DNA of 64,000 nt from a candidate division WWE3 bacterium CSP1-7 (GCA_001443395.1 LDXK01000001.1:153682-217681); one strand, 5' to 3'; positions 42,393-51,643 are shown, counted from the stretch's first letter. The notes: a model not told the origin generated them from the sequence alone. Made by a program: numbers and translations.

Positions 42393-43901
42393 ATGAAAAA
42401 GTTTGTCGAGGAACACGATCGGTTTTTCCAACGCTTGTTCGAAATTACTCCCGGGGTAATCACCTGGGCTGTTTTGCTTTCTCCGATCTGGTTGGGAAGA
42501 ATCGCCCCGTTGGCGGTGGCTTTCTTTATCACCTTTTTGGTGGTCTACTGGGTTTATCGCGCCGTCATTCACCTGATCGGAGTCGCCGTGGGGTACCGCC
42601 GCTACCAAAACGAGCTCAAGATCAACTGGTCCAAGAAGTCCCCCGATCTCTGGGGATACGATCGGCTCAAACACCTTATTGTCATCCCCAGCGTTAACGA
42701 GCCCTATGAAGTATTAGAAGAATCGTTCGCTTCCCTCGCCGCCCAAAAGTTCCCCAGAGACCGGGTTTACATCTCCTTCTCGGCAGAGGAGAAATACTCC
42801 GAGCGCGTTCTCGAGGATATCGAAAGAATCAAGAAAAAATTTAGGGGGAAGTTGGGAACGGTCTGGACCACCGCTCACCCCTACGGCCTCCCCGGAGAAG
42901 CCGTCGGCGCCGCCGCCAACCGGACCTGGGCGGCCAAACACGCTCTCAGAGAGATCAAAAAGCTCGGCTTGGAAATCGACGACTTTGTCGTTACTACCCT
43001 GGATGCGGATATGCGCCTCCATCCCCAGTATCTACCGCGCTTATCCTACGCCTTCCTCACCGAACCAAACCGGCTCAACAAGTTTTTCCAAACAGCAGCC
43101 TACCTCTTCGACAACAATCTCTGGGAGGTGCCCCTGCTGATGCGCATCCAGGCAAACTCAATCTCTCTGGCGGTGCTCGCCTCGTGGGTTGTCGAGCCCC
43201 AGCACAAAGATACCTGGTCCTGTTATTCGGTTGCCCTTCCCACCCTGATTGAGGCCGGATTCTGGAACCCGGCGATCGGGGTAGACGACACCACTTTCTA
43301 CTGGAATGCCTTTCTCAAAAAGAAAGGTCGTTTCGAGGGGTCCCATTTCTACATCCCCGTTTACGCAGATGCGGTTCAAGACGAGGGGCTTCTCAAAACC
43401 CATGTCGCCCAATACAAGCAACTCCTGCGCTGGGGCTGGGGAATCATCATCTTTCCCATCGCGATGAAAGGATTCCTCACGACCAAGATCCCGTTGAGCC
43501 TAAAACTCTCCAAAACCTACAACCTGATTGAAAAATTCGCAATTTGGTACACCCTCGTGTTCTCAGTTACCTTTGGGTTCCCTCTGCTTTCCGCAATTAA
43601 TCCCGATATCAAACTCACAACGCTGGGGTACCTCTTGCCCAGAATCTCAGGCGCGGTGCTGACCTCGGCCGTTATTCTGCTTCTGCCACTGACTATTTAC
43701 CGTATCAAAATTACTCTCCCCCCGCCCCGCGAGTGGCCCTGGTGGAAAAAAATGATTGTCTGGCTGGAGGGACCGCTGATCATCGTGAATCTTATGTTTT
43801 ACAATTTCCTGCCATACCTGGATGCCCAAACCCGCTTGATGTTTGGGAAGAGGCTGGAATTCTGGCCAACTCCTAAGATACGGGCCAAAAATGTCGCTTA
43901 A
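42393..43901 (+). CDS. Family 2 glycosyltransferase, membrane-embedded (processive synthase-like)
   Basis: VIPSVNEPYEVL, TLDADM, QLLRWGWG (QxxRW-like), N- and C-terminal TM bundles. Confidence 0.75.
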   Translation: MKKFVEEHDRFFQRLFEITPGVITWAVLLSPIWLGRIAPLAVAFFITFLVVYWVYRAVIHLIGVAVGYRRYQNELKINWSKKSPDLWGYDRLKHLIVIPSVNEPYEVLEESFASLAAQKFPRDRVYISFSAEEKYSERVLEDIERIKKKFRGKLGTVWTTAHPYGLPGEAVGAAANRTWAAKHALREIKKLGLEIDDFVVTTLDADMRLHPQYLPRLSYAFLTEPNRLNKFFQTAAYLFDNNLWEVPLLMRIQANSISLAVLASWVVEPQHKDTWSCYSVALPTLIEAGFWNPAIGVDDTTFYWNAFLKKKGRFEGSHFYIPVYADAVQDEGLLKTHVAQYKQLLRWGWGIIIFPIAMKGFLTTKIPLSLKLSKTYNLIEKFAIWYTLVFSVTFGFPLLSAINPDIKLTTLGYLLPRISGAVLTSAVILLLPLTIYRIKITLPPPREWPWWKKMIVWLEGPLIIVNLMFYNFLPYLDAQTRLMFGKRLEFWPTPKIRAKNVA

Positions 43902-45318
43902 AAATTGGCTTTCCGAGAAAAATCTGGTTCTCCCCACCAAACCTCTCTTTTCGGTTTTTTGGGGGGTCGCTACTTTTCTGGTGGCGGTGGGAACATTTGC
44001 GCTCATCTTTTCTTACCAAGCACTACCTCCGCAAATCCCTCTTCTCTTTACCGCCGAAAAAGGACTCGCCAGTAAAGTTCTGCTTTCGATCGTTCCCATC
44101 TTGGCAATTTTCTTCTTAATCGTGAACGCTGCCGTTTCCGAATTTTTATTGAGAAGGCGCGAGGAAGCCGCCGCTCTTTTCCCCGCCTTTCTGGCGGTTC
44201 TGGTTTCGGCCCTCTTGACAGGTTCTTTGATCAGGATCATTCGCATCTTTCCCATTCCCAGCACTCCGCTGGAGGAAATCCTCTATCCGCTACTCTTGCC
44301 ATTCGGCGGAGCGGTCGTTTTGGGAATTGTTGGCACACTGGTAGCACTGTTTCTGGCCCGCCGCCTGAAACTCTTTGACCGACCCCATGGCCCTTACCCA
44401 AGGGTTCGCCCAATTCCCCGGTTAGGAACAATTCCGCTCTTTTTCGCCTTCAGCGCGGTTGCTTTTATCTTCTTCCCTCTCAACCCGGCCCTCAAAGGGT
44501 TGCTTTTGGGCGGGGGGATCATCACTCTCGTCCAGATCATTGATGATCTCCATCCTCTTCCGTTCTGGGTGCAGGGTTTGGGACACCTCTTGGCCGCCGG
44601 CGCCGCCGTGGTCTGGGGAGGAATAAAGATCGACTACATCGGCAATCCGGTCTGGCCCTATCTCTCTCCCCGGTATCTACAGTTTGAGGCCATCCCCTAC
44701 CTTAGTGAGCTGATTACCATCGGCTGGATTTTTGCACTCATTAACGTTGTCGACTGGCTTGATGGTCTCGACGGCTTGGCCGCCGGGATCGGAACGATTG
44801 CCTCCGTTACCATTTTGGTCACCTCCATCGTTCTAGGCACACCGGCCACCGCCTTATTGGGAATAATTCTGGCCGGAGCGCTGCTGGGATTTTTGCCCTT
44901 CAACTACTATCCCGCGAAGATCTATCTGGGAGGCGGGGCCTTTCTTCTCGGTTACTTTTTGGCGGTGCTCTCAGTATTTTCCGGGGCCAAAACCGGAACG
45001 GCGATGCTGGTTCTGGCAATCCCCATAATCGATTCTTTTTTGGTGATCTTATCGCGCTTGCGGGCGGGAAAATCTCCGTTCTTGGGAGATCAAGGGCATC
45101 TGCACCATCGTCTGATGCAGGCCGGAATCAGTCACCCGAAGATTGTTCTCTTGGAATGGGCGATTGTGGCGGCGCTGGCGGTGGCCGCGGTTTTCCTTAG
45201 AGGATCCGCCAAATTTGCGGCAGTTGGACTAGTATTTCTTGCCGCGCTATTAGTAAACCGACAACTATTGCGAAGATCTGGATCGAAAGACCGAACGCCA
45301 TCGGCGCTCTTGAATTAA
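43891..45318 (+). CDS. Polyprenyl-phosphate sugar-1-phosphate transferase (MraY/WecA, GT4 family)
   Basis: NVVDWLDGLDGLAAG, PAKIYLGGGAFLLGY, GDQGHLHHRL. The ATG at 43891 was chosen. Confidence 0.8.
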   Translation: MSLKNWLSEKNLVLPTKPLFSVFWGVATFLVAVGTFALIFSYQALPPQIPLLFTAEKGLASKVLLSIVPILAIFFLIVNAAVSEFLLRRREEAAALFPAFLAVLVSALLTGSLIRIIRIFPIPSTPLEEILYPLLLPFGGAVVLGIVGTLVALFLARRLKLFDRPHGPYPRVRPIPRLGTIPLFFAFSAVAFIFFPLNPALKGLLLGGGIITLVQIIDDLHPLPFWVQGLGHLLAAGAAVVWGGIKIDYIGNPVWPYLSPRYLQFEAIPYLSELITIGWIFALINVVDWLDGLDGLAAGIGTIASVTILVTSIVLGTPATALLGIILAGALLGFLPFNYYPAKIYLGGGAFLLGYFLAVLSVFSGAKTGTAMLVLAIPIIDSFLVILSRLRAGKSPFLGDQGHLHHRLMQAGISHPKIVLLEWAIVAALAVAAVFLRGSAKFAAVGLVFLAALLVNRQLLRRSGSKDRTPSALLN

Positions 45319-45706
45319 CCTGCACCTTCGCCTGTAATCGGGCCAGCCAGACCACCCACCCCCACCTTTTTCGGCTGAAAATCAAAGGTAAGTAGAAGAG
45401 GTCCGGCAACGCTGCCGCGGCGGCGCAAGCCGCAATCGTCATTCCCACCCCGTAGTCGGGCATTGCCCAATAGAGGAAGAAAAGAAGCAAGGAGAGTGAG
45501 AGCAGACCGTCCAGCAGAACCAGCTGAAAGGAATGATTTTTGAGCGGCCGAGAAATATCCTTAAAGTCCCCCAACCCCAGATCGTCCCAGTGCGGAACCA
45601 TGTCGAGTGCGAAATGGGAAAGAAAGGCCAAGGGAACTGAAATAACAGGGTTGGGTAGAGCCGCACCCAGAGCGATCCCAACAGCAACATGAGGAGTTAA
45701 CAGCAC
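45197..45706 (-). CDS. Membrane protein, possibly DUF457/YdjM-like metal-dependent hydrolase
   Basis: MLLTPHVAVGIALG...SHFALDMVPHWDD. Its 3' end overlaps the convergent GT4 gene by 122 nt. Confidence 0.4.
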   Translation of the reverse strand: MLLTPHVAVGIALGAALPNPVISVPLAFLSHFALDMVPHWDDLGLGDFKDISRPLKNHSFQLVLLDGLLSLSLLLFFLYWAMPDYGVGMTIAACAAAAALPDLFYLPLIFSRKRWGWVVWLARLQAKVQVNSRAPMAFGLSIQIFAIVVGLLIARQEILVQLPQIWRIL

Positions 45707-45753
45707 GGGAGTATTATAATGTTAAAGACGCCTGCCAAACAAGGGTAAAAAAG

Positions 45754-46674
45754 ATGCTTTATCGTTTTCTCAGAAATGTGATTGAAAGTGCCCGCCCTCG
45801 GCAGTGGCTTAAGAACCTCGCTCTCTTTGCGGCTCCCTTCTTCGGGGCGGAAATTCTGAACGCCGGAGTCCTGCCGCGGCTGCTCACCGCCTTTGTAGTC
45901 TTCTCCCTCCTTTCTTCGTCCGCTTACATTTTCAATGATGTGATCGATGTCGAAAAAGATCGCCGGCATCCGATCAAGAAGAATCGGCCGATCGCCTCCG
46001 GCCGCTTCTCGCCCTTGGCGGCCCGCACCACGGCGGCGGTCCTTGCGATCGCCACTCTCTTCTTCGTCGCCGCAAACTTCAATCAATACTTCCTGGGAAC
46101 CGCAATTGCTTTCGTTGCCCTCCAGCTAAGCTACAGTCTCTGGATTAGAGATGTCATTATTGTCGATGCGCTCTTGGTGGCGGCGGCCTTTGTCCTCCGG
46201 GTCTACGCCGGCGCTTTTGTTCTGCCTACTTCAATTTCCGCTTGGCTGGTGCTGTCAACCATCGGACTCTCCCTGCTGTTGGCTTTCGGGAAAAGAAGAA
46301 GCGAGCGCACCCTGCTTTCCAAGCTCCATCAACGCCTGCTCACCCGCGCCACTCTTCGCCACTACCCCGACACGCTCTTGGATTCGATGATTGCGATGTC
46401 GGCGACCTACACCACGCTGGCCTACTCGATTTTCACTTTCGGAACGGCTGGATCGAAGTTTCTCACCGATCTTCTGCCGGAAACTCTTTCTTCGCCGAAA
46501 TGGGCCCTCCTGACGGTTCCTCTGGTGATCTACGGAGTCGCCCGCTACCTCTATATTATCTACGAGAAGAAGGAGGGAGAATCACCGGAAAAAGTAATCC
46601 TGACGGATACACCGATCCTGGGAACGGTGGTCGCCTGGGTCCTCGCCAGTTTTGTCATCCTCTACCTAATCTAG
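45754..46674 (+). CDS. UbiA-family prenyltransferase (decaprenyl-phosphate phosphoribosyltransferase-like)
   Basis: RPRQWLKNLALFAAPFF and NDVIDVEKDRRHPIKKNRPIASG. Confidence 0.8.
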   Translation: MLYRFLRNVIESARPRQWLKNLALFAAPFFGAEILNAGVLPRLLTAFVVFSLLSSSAYIFNDVIDVEKDRRHPIKKNRPIASGRFSPLAARTTAAVLAIATLFFVAANFNQYFLGTAIAFVALQLSYSLWIRDVIIVDALLVAAAFVLRVYAGAFVLPTSISAWLVLSTIGLSLLLAFGKRRSERTLLSKLHQRLLTRATLRHYPDTLLDSMIAMSATYTTLAYSIFTFGTAGSKFLTDLLPETLSSPKWALLTVPLVIYGVARYLYIIYEKKEGESPEKVILTDTPILGTVVAWVLASFVILYLI

Positions 46675-47738
46675 AGCTTCCGGGCGTAATCTGTTGACAC
46701 CCATCCCTCTTTACCTTGGAAGTCGATTTTGTACCAACCACTCTGTTCGCCAAGATAGGTGTACTTGCTTCCGACGTTTGCCTGACCAATTTGGCTGTAG
46801 TTTTTTCCCGGGCCCGAGCGCACTTTGAGATAGCCGATTCCGGTATCCAAAATCAGCACCTTGGGCGCCGCCGGATAGAGCCGGGCGGAAAGGGAGGCCA
46901 GGGAGGAAGAAGCCGCGGAACTCAGCGAACCGGGTACTTCCCCCAGGTAGCCCAGCGTCCGCTTTTCGGAAATCTGAGAAAGAGAGCTCAGCGAAACCTC
47001 CGAACCGGTGGAGTCGTAGAGTTTACCTTCCGCCGTGAGGAAGAAATTGTAGGTGGTGGGATCATCCCCCCGCGCCATCCAAAAAACCGCTCCCGCCACC
47101 CAAGAAACCGGGTCGGCTGCCAACAATGAGGAAGAGGAAGAAAGATCCAAAACCGTCAGATTGGGATTGGGAGAGGGTAATTTCTTTGGATCCGCCGGAA
47201 AAGGGTCGATCGCCAGATTAACGGAAACATTCAGCCGAAAGCCTTCTTTGACCGCAACCTTGATTTTTCGAGAAAAGTAGCCTTCCTTCTTGAGCTCCAG
47301 ATCGTACTCCCCTTCGGAAAGCGGTTTCGAGAGGGGGGAATCTCCCAGGGATTCGCCGTTCAGAAAAACCTCCGCCACCGGCCGAGTGATCACCACTAGC
47401 TCACTCCCGGTTGAAGATTCCGAAAACCAGGCCACCTGTCCGGCCGAAAAAGTTTCCGATGGACCCAGAATCCAATCCACGACCGTGAGAGCTCCGGCGG
47501 TGAGGCGGATCTTTTGGGTGAAATTGCCGAAATTCAAAACCGGGTTTCCGTCTTCCATCTGGTCGGAAAGGTAAGGAGTTGTCCCCACTTCCTGGTTATC
47601 AAGAAGAACCTTTTGGCCGGCCGGGTCGGAGGAAACCGAGAGGGCAGCTTTCTTGCCAACCGCGCCGCTCAGGAAAACGGCGAAAACCAGGACCGCGACG
47701 ATCCCGAAAATAATCAGACCACGTAATTTCCTCAGCAC
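46671..47738 (-). CDS. PEGA-domain protein with a C-terminal SH3b domain
   Basis: Two PEGA-like modules (VLLDNQEVGTTPY; VFLNGESLGDSPL...GEYDLELKKEGY). C-terminal YLKVRSGPGKNYSQIG...GWYKIDFQGKEGWV. GTG start. Confidence 0.7.
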   Translation of the reverse strand: MLRKLRGLIIFGIVAVLVFAVFLSGAVGKKAALSVSSDPAGQKVLLDNQEVGTTPYLSDQMEDGNPVLNFGNFTQKIRLTAGALTVVDWILGPSETFSAGQVAWFSESSTGSELVVITRPVAEVFLNGESLGDSPLSKPLSEGEYDLELKKEGYFSRKIKVAVKEGFRLNVSVNLAIDPFPADPKKLPSPNPNLTVLDLSSSSSLLAADPVSWVAGAVFWMARGDDPTTYNFFLTAEGKLYDSTGSEVSLSSLSQISEKRTLGYLGEVPGSLSSAASSSLASLSARLYPAAPKVLILDTGIGYLKVRSGPGKNYSQIGQANVGSKYTYLGEQSGWYKIDFQGKEGWVSTDYARKL

Positions 47739-47791
47739 GGCTTAAGTTTAACAAACGGAGTTTGCTAGATCGCTGAAGGCGGTCGTCCAAA
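47739..47791 (-). repeat. Hairpin-core intergenic element, copy A8 (minus orientation), with its tail ending at the PEGA gene start codon
   Basis: The minus strand reads TTGGACGAC|CGC-cttca-GCG|ATCTAGCAAACTCCGTTTGTTAAACTTAAGCC, followed by GTG. Confidence 0.7.
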
Positions 47792-47972
47792 GAACTGTAG
47801 AGCCTTCGATGTTAAAATATGTAAAGAGTGAAGGATCGACAAAAGCGAAGTCGAGCAGTGTTTGAGCCAATCTCCCCTTAGAAACTGGAAGAAGCAGGGA
47901 AAGGAAACTCTTTGCTCCCGTTTTGAAGATTGGCGAGTTTGCGAAACGAGTGTTGTTGATCCCGAACGACCG

Positions 47973-48046
47973 GGTGCGATGGCCGAACGGTTAGGCAGGC
48001 GCCTGCAGAGCGTCTCAAGGGGGTTCGACTCCCCCTCGCACCTCCA
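47973..48046 (+). tRNA. tRNA-Cys (GCA)
   Basis: Manual cloverleaf. Acceptor GGTGCGA/TCGCACC; D arm GCC-GAACGGTTA-GGC; anticodon arm GGCGC-CTGCAGA-GCGTC; T arm GGGGG-TTCGACT-CCCCC; U73 discriminator; encoded CCA. Confidence 0.9.
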
Positions 48047-48062
48047 TGAGAGGGGGTGAAAC

Positions 48063-48476
48063 ATGGCTAACTACGATTTCGATTTACCATCAATTTTTCG
48101 GCTCTTCGGCTACGGCGGCGAGGAAGATTTGCCGCGGGCCTCTTCGGCCGGCCTCAGCATCTACGAAACCAAGGGTGAATTAGTGGTCGAAGCTCCCGTT
48201 CCGGGAGTAAAGAAAGATGAGGTCACCGTGGAGGTCGCCGATGGCATGATCAAGATCGATGCCGTTCACCAGGAGACGGAGGAGGATAAAAAAGAGAAAA
48301 CCGCAGTCTATCGCGCCCAGCGAATGACCGAATTCCACTACTCCACAACCCTTCCCAAGGAGGTCGAAGAAAAACAAGCTCGAGCGAAAATGGAAGACGG
48401 AATCCTCAAGGTCCGCGTTCCGCTCAAAGCGGGAGCAAAGGAAAAGAAATCCACCGTTCCGGTGGAGGGGGAGTGA
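48063..48476 (+). CDS. Hsp20/alpha-crystallin small heat-shock protein
   Basis: LVVEAPVPGVKKDEVTVEVADGMIKIDA...F.YSTTLP...AKMEDGILKVRVP. Confidence 0.85.
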   Translation: MANYDFDLPSIFRLFGYGGEEDLPRASSAGLSIYETKGELVVEAPVPGVKKDEVTVEVADGMIKIDAVHQETEEDKKEKTAVYRAQRMTEFHYSTTLPKEVEEKQARAKMEDGILKVRVPLKAGAKEKKSTVPVEGE

Positions 48477-48480
48477 AGAG

Positions 48481-48503
48481 CTAGGTCGGCGGCGGCCGCC
48501 CTA
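48481..48503 (-). repeat. Degenerate hairpin-core element in a 24-nt convergent gap
   Basis: Compare the minus strand TTAGGGCGGCCGCCGCCGACCTAG with copy A4a, ATGGACGGCCGCCTGCGGCGACCTAG. It overlaps the stop codon of the 48501 gene. Confidence 0.45.
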
Positions 48504-49118
48504 ATCCCGGTAATTCTGGGCGTTCTCCAACCGCTCCATAAACCAGTTTATTGATTTGTTCCATCCGGTTCCGTTCGCGACCGAAACGGGGGCGTATTTC
48601 ATCATGATCTGCTCCACCGTCACCAAACCCTGATCAATGTAATTTCTTTTTATCCCCCGCGCGACCGCGGTAATCCCCTCTTCCCAGTTAGAGAAACAAA
48701 GGGTTCCGCGAGAGTGGATTCCCCAACCCCAAGCGTTATAGCAATCGGGCGGAGTAACCCGGCCAAACAGGGATTCGTTGCCGGAGATTGCGGTCAAAAG
48801 CCGCCAATCTAATCGGTACTTTTCCGAAACTTCCAAAATAAAATTCGTGTAGGGCACCAGCGGGGAGTGGTAGGAAGCAAGGAACCTCCGCAAGATAATC
48901 GGGCGAGCTCCCTCCGCGACCACGCTTTCCCCCAGCACAATCCCCTCCGGCGGCGGGCTGGTGAAAATAGCCGAACCGGCCGTTGGCAATTCAATAAATT
49001 TATCGGGAGAGGAAGAAACTAAAATAGCGGCGGTCGAAAAAAGAGCTACGAGAGAACTGCTCGCAAAAAACAAAAGAGGTAGTGCTATAAGTATCGCTCC
49101 CCTAGGCAGGGATTTCAT
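48501..49118 (-). CDS. Secreted/anchored putative peptidoglycan hydrolase (lytic-transglycosylase-like)
   Basis: N-terminal TM. RLDWRLLTAISGNESLFG resembles the catalytic E-S region of an SLT domain. Weak call. Confidence 0.35.
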   Translation of the reverse strand: MKSLPRGAILIALPLLFFASSSLVALFSTAAILVSSSPDKFIELPTAGSAIFTSPPPEGIVLGESVVAEGARPIILRRFLASYHSPLVPYTNFILEVSEKYRLDWRLLTAISGNESLFGRVTPPDCYNAWGWGIHSRGTLCFSNWEEGITAVARGIKRNYIDQGLVTVEQIMMKYAPVSVANGTGWNKSINWFMERLENAQNYRD

Positions 49119-49245
49119 TGGCAGGCCAGGGAGAGTTTCACTCCCTGCTAGGGAGATAGCGATCCAGAAATCGCATCCTCCCGATGGGGCAGCATTTCTA
49201 CCGTACCAAAAATGTAATCAGGATTGCAAGTCGGCGTTGGGCGGG

Positions 49246-50043
49246 CTAGACGCGTTTAAACCAGAGGATCCCGGAAATCGGGGCGTCCCGGCGCTGATGG
49301 ACTAGTGCAAATCCTTGCCGGAGAAGGAAATCCGTCAAATCTTCCTGATTGGTGCGCTTCCCCGGGAGCACGTGGTACTCGAGACGAATTTCCTTGATCT
49401 TTTTTAAAATATCGGCTGGGGTTCGGTAGAGAATCTCGTACTCGGCGCCCTCGCAATCAAGTTTTAAAAGATCGATTGCCTTGAGGTGATTTTCCTCAAA
49501 AATATCTTGGAGAGTCACACACGTCACCGCAATCTTATCGCCGTGGCGGGAAAAGAAAGAGCTCAACGGAGAGAAACGCGTTAAGAAAAATGTTCGCTTC
49601 CCCGCCCGCCCGGCTACCCCCAACTCAAATGGCTCGATTTTGCCCTCTAACCTGTTGACTCTAATATTTTGAGACAGGAGATAGAAAGAATAAGTCGCGG
49701 GTTCATAGGCCAAAACTTTAGCCCCCTGCTGAGCGGCATAAAGCGAAAATGATCCCAAACTCGCCCCGACGTCCACCACGACCGAACCCTTTGATACCTT
49801 ACCGTAATCTCTGCGGACAAAGGTTCCGATGATCTCCTCTATCTCAACCCACTGCGCGTAACGCATGGCCAACCCGTTGCGGAAAATAAAAAGTCCTTCG
49901 GTTTCAGATCGGGTTATAAACCGCCAAAGAACTTTCGGCCAATTCTTAAGCAGAAAAATTAGACCGAGAGTGTATCGAAGTCTTTTCGTCAAATCTTTCA
50001 CTTTGCGAGAGCAAATTGCAACCGAGCGTAGCGAGGACAGCAC
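49246..50043 (-). CDS. FkbM-family SAM-dependent methyltransferase
   Basis: VVDVGASLGSFSLYAAQQGAKVLAYEP...FELGVAG. The first 14 codons of the ORF-track version lie inside the repeat at 50001..50043. An in-frame GTG at 50001 is an alternative start. Confidence 0.75.
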   Translation of the reverse strand: MLSSLRSVAICSRKVKDLTKRLRYTLGLIFLLKNWPKVLWRFITRSETEGLFIFRNGLAMRYAQWVEIEEIIGTFVRRDYGKVSKGSVVVDVGASLGSFSLYAAQQGAKVLAYEPATYSFYLLSQNIRVNRLEGKIEPFELGVAGRAGKRTFFLTRFSPLSSFFSRHGDKIAVTCVTLQDIFEENHLKAIDLLKLDCEGAEYEILYRTPADILKKIKEIRLEYHVLPGKRTNQEDLTDFLLRQGFALVHQRRDAPISGILWFKRV

Positions 50044-50090
50044 TCTTCCAGATTAGCACGCTGAAATTGGTAATCTAAACTAGATTAACC
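50001..50090 (+). repeat. 42-nt-unit-type head (50001..50043) plus the shared tail (50044..50090) ending at the ASCH gene ATG
   Basis: The head is CTTTGCGAGAGCAAATTGCAACCGAGCGTAGCGAGGACAGCAC. The tail ...TTAGCACGCTGAAATTGGTAATCTAAACTAGATTAACC aligns with the tail of copy A5 (24907..24940). Confidence 0.75.
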
Positions 50091-50411
50091 ATGAAAGCTA
50101 TTTCCCTAAAGCAGCCTTGGGCGAATTATATTGCTTCCGGACGAAAGACAATCGAGACCAGGAAATGGACCACTAGGTACCGCGGGAAAATTCTCATTGT
50201 CTCTTCCAAATCTCCAAACATCCCCCCGGCCGGCTATGCCGTGGCCGTGGCGGAGATCGTTGATTGTCGGCCGATGGTTAAAACCGATGAGAAAGCGGCA
50301 ATGTGTGAAGTTTATCCTAAGGCCCATTCTTGGGTGTTAAAAAATATTCGCAGGATAGCGCCTTTCCCCGTTAAAGGTCAGCTGAGCCTTTACGAAGTGG
50401 ATTATGAATAA
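50091..50411 (+). CDS. ASCH-domain protein
   Basis: MKAISLKQPWANYIASGRKTIETRKW... is the characteristic ASCH N-terminus. Confidence 0.7.
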   Translation: MKAISLKQPWANYIASGRKTIETRKWTTRYRGKILIVSSKSPNIPPAGYAVAVAEIVDCRPMVKTDEKAAMCEVYPKAHSWVLKNIRRIAPFPVKGQLSLYEVDYE

Positions 50412-50940
50412 TTTGGAAACCGCAACTTTTGCCGGCGGGTGCTTTTGGTGCGCGGACGCCGTTTTCCGCATGCTGAAGGGAGTAAAAAGTATCACCGCGG
50501 GTTACGCCGGCGGGGAAAAAGAGAATCCGACCTATGAAGAGGTTTCATCTGGGCAAACCGGGCACGTTGAGGCTGTTCAGATCGAATTCGCTCCCTCCGA
50601 AATTTCTTATCGGGAACTTTTGGAAGTCTTTTGGCACACCCACAACCCCACCGAGGTAAACCGCCAGGGGCCGGATGCGGGACCGCAATACCAGGCAGCT
50701 ATCTTCTACCACGACGAGGAGCAGAAAAAGCTCGCCGAAGAATCCAAGACTAGGATCGCCGGGGAGCTAAACCAATCGGTTATGACCCGGATTATTCCCT
50801 TCAAAAATTTCTTCCCGGCCGATGAGAACCATCAGGACTATTTCGCAAAAAATCCCCATGTCCCCTATTGCCAGATCGTGATTAAGCCCAAGGTTGAAAA
50901 AGTAGAGAAACTCTTTCATGAAAAACTTAAAAACGCCTAG
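50404..50940 (+). CDS. msrA: Peptide-methionine (S)-S-oxide reductase MsrA
   Basis: [15 protein letters not shown] active-site motif. Confidence 0.95.
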   Translation: MNNLETATFAGGCFWCADAVFRMLKGVKSITAGYAGGEKENPTYEEVSSGQTGHVEAVQIEFAPSEISYRELLEVFWHTHNPTEVNRQGPDAGPQYQAAIFYHDEEQKKLAEESKTRIAGELNQSVMTRIIPFKNFFPADENHQDYFAKNPHVPYCQIVIKPKVEKVEKLFHEKLKNA

Positions 50941-51322
50941 GAACGAGAAAGGATGGCAAGAAAAACTGACGCCAGAGCAGTACGCCGTTCTCCGCCAAGG
51001 CGGAACCGAAGCGCCTTTTTCGGGTGAATACGTTTATACCAAAGACAAGGGGATGTATCGCTGTCGCGCTTGCGGCAACGAGATATTCTCCTCCGGAACC
51101 AAGTTTGATTCCGGCACCGGCTGGCCCAGCTTTTACGATGCGGTTTCGGGAGCGGTCAAGCTACGGGAAGACCGAAGTTTGGGAATGGTCCGAACCGAGG
51201 TGCTCTGCGCCAAATGCGGCGGCCACCTGGGTCACGTATTTGACGACGGTCCCCAACCGACAGGAAAAAGGTACTGCATCAACTGCGTTTCTTTAAACCT
51301 GGAAAAATTAGCTCAAAAATAG
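50918..51322 (+). CDS. msrB: Peptide-methionine (R)-S-oxide reductase MsrB
   Basis: Two CxxC zinc motifs ([19 protein letters not shown]) and catalytic RYCINC. Confidence 0.95.
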   Translation: MKNLKTPRNEKGWQEKLTPEQYAVLRQGGTEAPFSGEYVYTKDKGMYRCRACGNEIFSSGTKFDSGTGWPSFYDAVSGAVKLREDRSLGMVRTEVLCAKCGGHLGHVFDDGPQPTGKRYCINCVSLNLEKLAQK

Positions 51323-51643
51323 ACGGTCCACCTTCGCGGCGAAGACGAAATCGGCCTCGTGAAGGCCGTTAATTTTGTGGGTATAGATTTGAACCTCGGC
51401 AAAGCCCCAGCCAAAGGAAATGTCGGGGTGGTGTCCAACCTCCTCGGCAATTTCCCCCACTCTGTTGACGAACACGAGCGCGGTTTCGAAATCCGGGAAT
51501 TTGAAGCGCTTTTTCAGGTGGTGTTCTTCCACCACTTCCCAATCATTGCCGAGCCTTTCAAACCAGGTATTCAACTCCGCACCCTTCAGCGGTGGGACGC
51601 CGCCCTGGCAGGGAACGCACTGTAGATTGGCGAGATCGCTCAT
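51308..51643 (-). CDS. Pterin-4-alpha-carbinolamine dehydratase (PCD/DCoH)
   Basis: [28 protein letters not shown] is a PCD signature. Confidence 0.85.
   Translation of the reverse strand: MSDLANLQCVPCQGGVPPLKGAELNTWFERLGNDWEVVEEHHLKKRFKFPDFETALVFVNRVGEIAEEVGHHPDISFGWGFAEVQIYTHKINGLHEADFVFAAKVDRLFLS

Noticed and set aside
47765-48064. ORFs 47765..48064 (-) and 47862..48059 (+).
   Set aside because: Both run through a canonical tRNA-Cys gene, and neither has an SD or any recognisable motif.
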